A stretch of 64,000 nt of DNA from Pseudanabaena sp. ELA607 (lineage in GTDB: Bacteria; Cyanobacteriota; Cyanobacteriia; Pseudanabaenales; Pseudanabaenaceae): assembly GCA_037130765.1 (NCBI GenBank), contig JBAXSK010000001.1:7200-71199 (forward strand). The letters are read 5' to 3'. The position numbers and the translations under genes were made by a program. This document shows, one piece after another, positions 57,438-64,000 of this stretch; position 1 is the stretch's first letter; every line of letters starts with the position of its first letter. The notes under the pieces were generated by a model. That model was not told the origin of the DNA, did not search any database, and saw only the letters and a list, made by a program, of their open reading frames with translations.

Positions 57438-58814
57438 TTAGGATTTCTGAGGATAATCAAGCTCTTGTTCTTTAGTAATTAATTTAGACTCATCGGCTAA
57501 ATTTGCTACTAAAGAACAAACTGCTACTGAGGCGCTGACATTAACTGTGGCTTGAAAACAGTTGACTACTGGGTTAATGGCAATTAGTAAAACCATAATT
57601 GCATCTAAGGGTATGCCTAAGGGCTTAAATAAAATATCTAGGGCTTGTAATGTAGCAATACCAATCGCCCCCGAAGAAGATATAGCGCCAAACATACTGC
57701 CGATAATAATTAAACAAGTATGGCTAAAGGTGAGGTTCATGCCATAGAGTTCACTGGCAAAAAGCGCCACAGTCACAAAATAGGCTACAGTACCATAGCG
57801 AAAAGCCACCACACCAATGGGAATGCCTGCATTAACTGATTTAGCGTCGAAATTTAATGACTCGCTTAAACACTGAATGGCAGAAGGGATACTGCTAGTG
57901 GAGTTAGCTGTAGCCATAGTCAAAATGGTATATTCTTCACTGGCTAACCAAACCTGTTGAAATGAAGCTTTGGAGCGAAACCAGACAATCAGAAAATTAG
58001 CCCCATAGACTATTAATAAGGTGGCAATGCTCACCACAATAAATTTCAGCATTAAGCCTAAGATAGAAGTGCCGCCATTGGCAGCTTGTGCCGCTAATAG
58101 ACTAAATAAACCGATCGGCATTAAAGCGTTAACCCATTTCACTATTTTGTTAAATGAGTCATAAACTTCTTCTAGTCCATCAATCATTCGATTTCTCATA
58201 TCAGAACGATTAATTAAACCCAAAGCTACACCAAATAAAACTGAGAAAAATACTACCTGTAGGGTGCGGTTTTGGGCTAATGCATTAAAGATATTGCTGG
58301 GAATAGTTGATGCTAAAAGATCAAGAAAAGGATTTTCTGGGGTCGGTATGACAGGATTATTAAGATTTATTTCGTAATTAATTCCTTTATTATTAATTTC
58401 TGCGCCAAGGGAAGCTAAAGTATTTGCATTGAGGTTAGCCCCTGGTTGGGAAATGACGCTAATTAATAAAGATAAAAGTGCTGTCACTACCTGAGCGGAT
58501 ATGAAAATGGTAATCATTTTGAAGACAAATCCCCCAGCATTAGGTAGCTTCGTAATTTTGCACGCACTAATAATAATTGCTGTTAATACGATGGGTAAAA
58601 CACAAAGACGGAGCAAATCTAGATAGGATTTGCCAATAAATTGCAGCGATTTAGCGACATTAGGTAGGGTCAAGCCTAAAACTACCCCGATTACGGCACT
58701 TAGAGCTAAAGCATAGGGACTGGTAAAAAACTTCCAGAATTGCGCAGAAAGTTTATTTGCTTGGGTCTTTGATTGCGATTTTGACTGGGGCGATATCTGC
58801 GGCGGCTTTTTCAT
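57438..58814 (-). CDS. dicarboxylate/amino acid:cation symporter (DAACS/SDF family), copy 2
   Basis: 458-aa polytopic protein. It aligns over its full length with 59130..60503 (LRLCVLPIVL, MATANSTSSIPSAIQC, GIPLDAIMVLLIAINP). Confidence 0.8.
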   Translation of the reverse strand: MKKPPQISPQSKSQSKTQANKLSAQFWKFFTSPYALALSAVIGVVLGLTLPNVAKSLQFIGKSYLDLLRLCVLPIVLTAIIISACKITKLPNAGGFVFKMITIFISAQVVTALLSLLISVISQPGANLNANTLASLGAEINNKGINYEINLNNPVIPTPENPFLDLLASTIPSNIFNALAQNRTLQVVFFSVLFGVALGLINRSDMRNRMIDGLEEVYDSFNKIVKWVNALMPIGLFSLLAAQAANGGTSILGLMLKFIVVSIATLLIVYGANFLIVWFRSKASFQQVWLASEEYTILTMATANSTSSIPSAIQCLSESLNFDAKSVNAGIPIGVVAFRYGTVAYFVTVALFASELYGMNLTFSHTCLIIIGSMFGAISSSGAIGIATLQALDILFKPLGIPLDAIMVLLIAINPVVNCFQATVNVSASVAVCSLVANLADESKLITKEQELDYPQKS

Positions 58815-58913
58815 TTTTTGAGTGATTTCTTATCACTTTGATGATTGAATTAAATCTATTAATAATTACAATAATTACTAGTAATTATTTAGCATTTAGC
58901 AGCTCATTAGTAA

Positions 58914-58952
58914 TTAACCGCAAAAATTAGATTCCCTATTTTTTGCGGTTAA
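58914..58952 (-). terminator. stem-loop downstream of DAACS copy 1
   Basis: The sequence ttaaccgcaaaaa-ttagattccctat-tttttgcggttaa has 13-nt perfect arms. The T-run lies within the stem, so a terminator function is uncertain. Confidence 0.35.
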
Positions 58953-59129
58953 TAATGAACATTTAAACAAATATTTATCAAATATTTAATAACCAGCATT
59001 ATCAAGTTAAATAGTCATAAAATGTTTGGATAAACTGGTTGATAAATCCTGATTTTTTATGAGTTATTTCTACAATTTATATTGTTATATTTGCTTGTGA
59101 TAGCTAATAGCCAAATTTACACAAATTTT

Positions 59130-60503
59130 TTACACGGTTTTAGCTTCAATATCTAAATCATCTTCGTCATCATCATCAAATTTAGCATCATCTTTGCGAT
59201 GTTTTACTAATGGCGAAATCATCGCACAGGCAGACACTGAACCGCTGACGTTGATTGTAGCTCTAAATGGGCTGATGATAGGATCGATAGCAATGAGCAA
59301 CACCAAAATTGCATCTAGGGGCAAACCAAGGGGACGAAATACGACATCTAAAGTGGCTAATGTCGCCAGTCCAGAGGAGCCAGCAGAGGCTAAAGCCGCA
59401 AACATGGCTCCAGTCACTACTAATAAAATTTGATCAACTCTAATAGGTAAATTGTAAAGTTGTGAAGCAAAAACCGCTGTAATCACAAAATAGGCAACAT
59501 TGCCATAACGGAAAGCAATTACGCTAATAGGCAGGCCAGCATTAACTAATTGTTCGTCAAAATGTAGCTTATCTACTAAACATTGAATTGCTGAGGGCAA
59601 ACTACTAGATGCATTTGCTGTTGCCATGGTTAGGAGGGTATATTCTTCGCTGGCATCCCATACTTTTTGTAATGAAGCTCGCGAGCGAATCCACAAAATT
59701 AAGAAACTAATAATATATAGTCCTACTAAAGTACTGACTGTAATAATCACAAACTTCAGCATTACAATGATTGTTGCCGCTCCAGTTTTAGCAATTTGCA
59801 CCGATAGCAAACTAAATAAGCCTAAAGGCAATAAAGCATTAACCCATTTCACAATTTTACGAAACGAATCGTATACTTCTTCTAAAGCATGAACTACCCT
59901 AGTCTTAGCGGTAGAATTACTGATCATGCCTAAAGCAACGCCAAAAGTCACCGCAAAAACTACCACCTGCAAGCTATGATTTTCTGCGAGGGCTTCAAAG
60001 ATATTACTAGGAATTGCTGAAGTAAATAACTCTAGTAATTGATTTTTCTCTACGGCAATTGGTTTATTTAAATTAATTTCAGAATCAATGCCACTGAAGT
60101 TAATTTGTGCCCCCAAAGAGTCAAGGGTATTTTGATTTAAGTTGCGTCCTGGGCCAAAAGTAAATGCTATAAAATAACCAATTGCCCCAGCCGCAAATTG
60201 AGAAAATATCAAGATGCCAACTAGCTTCATGACAAAGCTTCTAATATTAGGCAGTTGAGTTAAACGACTAGCACTAATAATCACTGCGGAAAGCAAAATT
60301 GGTAAAACACAAAGCTTTAGTAGATCTACATAGCCTTTACCAATAAATTCTAGGGATTTGGCTAGATCTTTATTGCTAAATCCCAGCCATATACCGAGTA
60401 AAATACTGCCAAAAATTGGATAGGGGCCATGGGTTAGCTTCCGCAATTTTTTGAGATTACTTAATGATGAAATATCAAATTTGAATGAGTTAAACTGTGA
60501 CAT
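59130..60503 (-). CDS. dicarboxylate/amino acid:cation symporter (DAACS/SDF family), copy 1
   Basis: 457 aa, a paralog of 57438..58814. It has an acidic C-terminal tail (DDAKFDDDDEDDLD). Confidence 0.8.
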   Translation of the reverse strand: MSQFNSFKFDISSLSNLKKLRKLTHGPYPIFGSILLGIWLGFSNKDLAKSLEFIGKGYVDLLKLCVLPILLSAVIISASRLTQLPNIRSFVMKLVGILIFSQFAAGAIGYFIAFTFGPGRNLNQNTLDSLGAQINFSGIDSEINLNKPIAVEKNQLLELFTSAIPSNIFEALAENHSLQVVVFAVTFGVALGMISNSTAKTRVVHALEEVYDSFRKIVKWVNALLPLGLFSLLSVQIAKTGAATIIVMLKFVIITVSTLVGLYIISFLILWIRSRASLQKVWDASEEYTLLTMATANASSSLPSAIQCLVDKLHFDEQLVNAGLPISVIAFRYGNVAYFVITAVFASQLYNLPIRVDQILLVVTGAMFAALASAGSSGLATLATLDVVFRPLGLPLDAILVLLIAIDPIISPFRATINVSGSVSACAMISPLVKHRKDDAKFDDDDEDDLDIEAKTV

Positions 60504-60537
60504 ATTGAGTTATTTAATCCTAGGCAAGAATTAGGTT

Positions 60538-61491
60538 TTATTGATTATTTTGTTTGGTCTTTTTATATTTCTGTAATAGGTCATTGACTGCCTGAGATTT
60601 ATATTGAATATCTAAGTAGAGGTCTACATAGTCCACTAGAGGAGTATTTTCAAGGGAAGTGGCCATAGCACGAGTATCATTAGTTTCAGCTAAAACTACT
60701 GTGCGTAACTTAATTGATAAATCCGGACTAGATAAAACAATCCCCCGCACTTCTAGTTCATCACGGAACAAAGCAAAAACTGTGCCGTTAACTACTGCAT
60801 CCACGGCTTTTTCCCAAGTGGCAAACTTTTTAATTACTGCATTAGGGAAAATATTTTCGGCATATTTGATATAGACTGTGCCATCTAAAACCCCAATTGT
60901 GCCTTTAAAATTTTTCCGGTCACGGATCAAAATTGTCTCGATAGTTCTGCCATTAGCTTCTTCTTGGGCTAGTAACAGCCGATTGATTAATAAAGCTTGG
61001 CGAAAATTGAGATAGGGTTTGGAATAATGAACTTTTTGCCCGCGAGGTAAAGATCTTGCTAACTTGGAAATGGCAATATCTCCTTCGCCTTTATATATTG
61101 CTTCTACTACCTCATCAAAAGTTTTAGGGGAGCGAATAAATTTAGCTTTAACCCCTAATGATTCGGCTATTTCTTTAGCAATATCAACGTCAACTCCAAT
61201 CAAGTTCCCTTTTTCGTCTTCACCAAAAAATGGCAGATTATCGTTGCCGAGCATGACAACTTTAAGCTCATTTCTCCTTTTGATTTCTTCCAAAATATTG
61301 ATATTGACGGTTAGTTTGGGCGGCGACTGAATTATTTGCGATTTTGGCGGGACTTGCTCTATGGATGGCGGAACTTCTACCACACCTTCTTCCATCTGAG
61401 CGTATGTATTACTTGGTATACCCGTCACTAAAAATATAATTAATAGCAGCAGGGCAATGAATTCACCTATGCGCCAATTTTTCATGATCAC
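60538..61491 (-). CDS. family-3 (amino-acid type) solute-binding protein
   Basis: Signal/anchor FIALLLLIIFLVTGIPSNTYA. SBP_bac_3 pattern LKVVMLGNDNLPFFGEDEKGNLIGVDVDIAKEIAESLGVK...GDIAIS. Confidence 0.8.
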   Translation of the reverse strand: MIMKNWRIGEFIALLLLIIFLVTGIPSNTYAQMEEGVVEVPPSIEQVPPKSQIIQSPPKLTVNINILEEIKRRNELKVVMLGNDNLPFFGEDEKGNLIGVDVDIAKEIAESLGVKAKFIRSPKTFDEVVEAIYKGEGDIAISKLARSLPRGQKVHYSKPYLNFRQALLINRLLLAQEEANGRTIETILIRDRKNFKGTIGVLDGTVYIKYAENIFPNAVIKKFATWEKAVDAVVNGTVFALFRDELEVRGIVLSSPDLSIKLRTVVLAETNDTRAMATSLENTPLVDYVDLYLDIQYKSQAVNDLLQKYKKTKQNNQ

Positions 61492-61976
61492 CTAAAGCCT
61501 AAATTACAAAATGATAGCAACAGTATAAGCCCTGTAATACATCGAGTGAATTAGTACCCAACAATGAGAATTGCTATATTTTAGCTGTCAATTTATCTTA
61601 CGCTTAAGATGAGCTTACTCGCAATATTGCTTAGATACACATAGAATGATAAAAATTATAAAATAATTAACTCAAGTTATTCACAATAACTAACCATAGT
61701 TTAGCCAGAAGAAATATTGAGGAAATTATAATTTAAAAGTAATTTTTCATGGTGAATTAAAGTATTAGTAACTCAAAATAACTACAAAAAATTTGTTTTA
61801 AAATTTCAACAATACATTTATTAGCGAACATCTGTAGACAATGCGCCCCAAATACATATTGCAAATTAATCATAAATTTATCCGATTATTCGCGCTGCTA
61901 AACATAGCCAAATGGCTTTATTTCCAGTTATTTGCTTCAAATCAAATTTAAAATTAAATTACTTATGCTATCAATA

Positions 61977-63848
61977 CTAGTTTGCCGCCCACCAAGCTAA
62001 AGCGTACTTTTGTTGAGGCAAGTTAATCGCTGGACTGGTGAAGATCACTCTTAACTTATATCGTCCGGTTTTGGGGACAGGGACAAAAATATGCTGCACA
62101 TTGTCCACAGCACTCACCGATGACCAAATACTTTGGCTAATATCGTTGTCTTCGGCGCGTAGTAAATGTAATTGCAATTGATTGATGCCTGCGTCAGTAA
62201 AACTTTCACCTAGATCAAATCTCTGATTATTATTTTTGTCGTTGAGTTTAACGGCTCGATCCCAAGTTAAAGTAGCCGCCACAAAACCATTTTCTGCTAT
62301 TACCTGATCAATGAGGTAATCTTGATAGTTGCTCACATTGATCCTATCGGTATTCCAGCCAATAGACGGGACTGGGCCGGGAGGAAACTGTCCGGCACTA
62401 TATTGCTTTAGGGCCCGACTAGCATTGAGATGTCCCGCGCCAAAGTGACGGCTGAGGGGATGGGAAATTTTCTTGTCGGTATAAACTTCGGTATCTAACC
62501 AGTTGCGCTCATAGGGATCGATCAGGGTGCGGGTCATACCCAAGCGTTTGCCGTCCCCTTGATCTTTGATTTTGTCGGCGGAATTCATCAAAACTGCTTT
62601 AATAACTTCATGGCGACGGGCCACAGCATTCCATTTCCCCGCCGCAATTTGTCGATCTGCATATTCATGTAAAAGGGCAATTACCCCAGTAACATGGGGA
62701 GTCGCAAAACTAGTGCCACTGGAAGCAATGATTTTGCCATCTAATTTAGGCAATTTGATGTTGTTGCCTGGGGCAATAATCGATAGAGATCGCCTGCCAT
62801 CAATGGGACTCTCTAACCCCGCTGTCCAAACACCATCTTTATTCAGATCGGTGAAATATTCCCCTTGATCGTACATTCCGTTACCGTTACGATCAATAAA
62901 TGGCTCATCAATCAGATTGCCCCGATCTAAAACGGTATATACGCCCTGTTCGTCCTGCTTAGAAAAGCCCACTACCATGCCATTGCATAGATCAGTAGGA
63001 ATGGGAATGCCCCCTTTACCTTGATTTCCCGCCACAACAGGCAAAATATCATACTGACTACTCAGCCAATCTAAACCAAGGGTCAATAAAGCTCGCCCAT
63101 CTAATTGGGCATCGGGGCGGGGATCTTCATTGAGTGGTTCACCAAAACTAAAGTTAATCGCTCGCACCTGGGTTGATGAGTTCATGGACAATTTGTTTTG
63201 TGCCACATTGAGTAAGCCTTGCACTGCTACCAAAGCCTCGGGCTGACTATCGGTGGGTACTTGGGCATAGGCAGAAGAAGTTAGCTGGGCATTAGGGGCG
63301 ATACCACGCTCGATTTTATGTTGACTAATTATGACTGCGGCGACTTGATTGGCGTGATCATCATTATTACGGCTGGGGCGGGGTGGTAAATTGCGAAACA
63401 TCACCCGACTGGGTTTGACATAAAATCGATCTGCGACCTGTAAACGGTTGACGATTTTATCAACCCCCAAACGTACTGGGCGGCCAATCTCGACTTGCCC
63501 CAAGGAAATTCCTTTGCCCGTCAGGTTATAAGGAGCTTTTTGCAGCCGCCGCGCATCAATGCCATTGGTATCAACAGAAGTATCTAAACTCACCGCAGCT
63601 AGGGGCATCAGGGCGATGGCAGTAGTGGCCAAGGCTGTGGTGCAAGCAAGCCTAATCAGTCCCCCTAAATAATTAGATGAATAATTAGATGGCTTGGTTA
63701 ATCCGCGTAAGCTGATGGTCTGCAATGAACGGCTAGGTATGGTAGATCTGGTAATTTGGGGCATCGGCACAGAAATTGACGGCATCTCTTTAATATTTGA
63801 CTGATTTTTCACGACTCGATCCTCTGCACCGCTTACTAAATTACCCAT
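61977..63848 (-). CDS. S8 (subtilisin-like) peptidase with C-terminal beta-rich domain
   Basis: His motif DDHANQVAAVI and Ser motif SGTSFATPHVTGVIALL. The first triad motif reads GKGISLGQVEIG, with Glu where Asp is expected. Confidence 0.8.
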   Translation of the reverse strand: MGNLVSGAEDRVVKNQSNIKEMPSISVPMPQITRSTIPSRSLQTISLRGLTKPSNYSSNYLGGLIRLACTTALATTAIALMPLAAVSLDTSVDTNGIDARRLQKAPYNLTGKGISLGQVEIGRPVRLGVDKIVNRLQVADRFYVKPSRVMFRNLPPRPSRNNDDHANQVAAVIISQHKIERGIAPNAQLTSSAYAQVPTDSQPEALVAVQGLLNVAQNKLSMNSSTQVRAINFSFGEPLNEDPRPDAQLDGRALLTLGLDWLSSQYDILPVVAGNQGKGGIPIPTDLCNGMVVGFSKQDEQGVYTVLDRGNLIDEPFIDRNGNGMYDQGEYFTDLNKDGVWTAGLESPIDGRRSLSIIAPGNNIKLPKLDGKIIASSGTSFATPHVTGVIALLHEYADRQIAAGKWNAVARRHEVIKAVLMNSADKIKDQGDGKRLGMTRTLIDPYERNWLDTEVYTDKKISHPLSRHFGAGHLNASRALKQYSAGQFPPGPVPSIGWNTDRINVSNYQDYLIDQVIAENGFVAATLTWDRAVKLNDKNNNQRFDLGESFTDAGINQLQLHLLRAEDNDISQSIWSSVSAVDNVQHIFVPVPKTGRYKLRVIFTSPAINLPQQKYALAWWAAN

Positions 63849-64000
63849 AACTTATGCTGACTTTTCCCTAGATAGAAGCAATGATGCCTCGTCAAATCCT
63901 GAAATTTAAATTCAATAGATGAAATATAACGGATAAAATACTCCGGTAAATCTCCCTTCGTTAGTATAGCCTGCGTTTTTCAGGCTCTTGTGGATCATCT

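Overview
This is a cyanobacterial chromosomal window. The taxon call rests on several GCGATCGC (HIP1) palindromes and on ndhN, btpA, raf1, ccaA, ycf45-like and gvp genes. All calls come from reading the ORF translations and the DNA by eye; no searches were run.

Layout:
- 1-9.7 kb: housekeeping and signalling genes. These are an RRM RNA-binding protein, a DUF554 protein, Raf1, LepA, and a histidine kinase with REC-only regulators.
- 10.4-15.9 kb: a short gas-vesicle cluster, gvpA / GvpC-like / gvpN / gvpJ. An N-terminal-HTH NB-ARC (STAND) NTPase lies directly upstream.
- 16.5-18.0 kb: a group-3 sigma factor and carboxysomal-type beta carbonic anhydrase.
- 18.0-27.8 kb: an accessory island, almost all on the minus strand. 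It holds two MNT/HepT pairs (one HepT is broken by a small TIR element), a HEPN/NT pair, RelE/ParE with an antitoxin, two DUF4160/DUF2442 pairs and DUF29. It also holds an HTH-NACHT NTPase followed by a translationally coupled small protein and an HNH nuclease. Cassette remnants and repeats are scattered through it.
- 28.8-32.0 kb: pstS-pstC-pstA with no pstB. A MITE flanked by a 9-bp target-site duplication follows pstA.
- 32.6-38.9 kb: a roughly 6.3-kb multidomain secreted ExeM/NucH-type nuclease gene with RTX repeats. It converges on pstA and is split into three ORFs by two single-base frameshifts.
- 39.6-64 kb: mostly core genes (mtnP, cheW/cheR-TPR, ndhN, ycf45-like, pdxJ, btpA, VKOR-Trx). 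Three things stand out here: a PD-(D/E)xK-ParA fusion with a degenerate ParB-like partner, a third HTH-P-loop NTPase, and a cluster of an S8 peptidase, a family-3 binding protein and two tandem DAACS symporters.

The strongest candidates for an undescribed system are the HTH-NACHT / small protein / HNH operon, the nuclease-ParA/ParB-like pair, and the HTH-NB-ARC gene placed as a possible gas-vesicle regulator.
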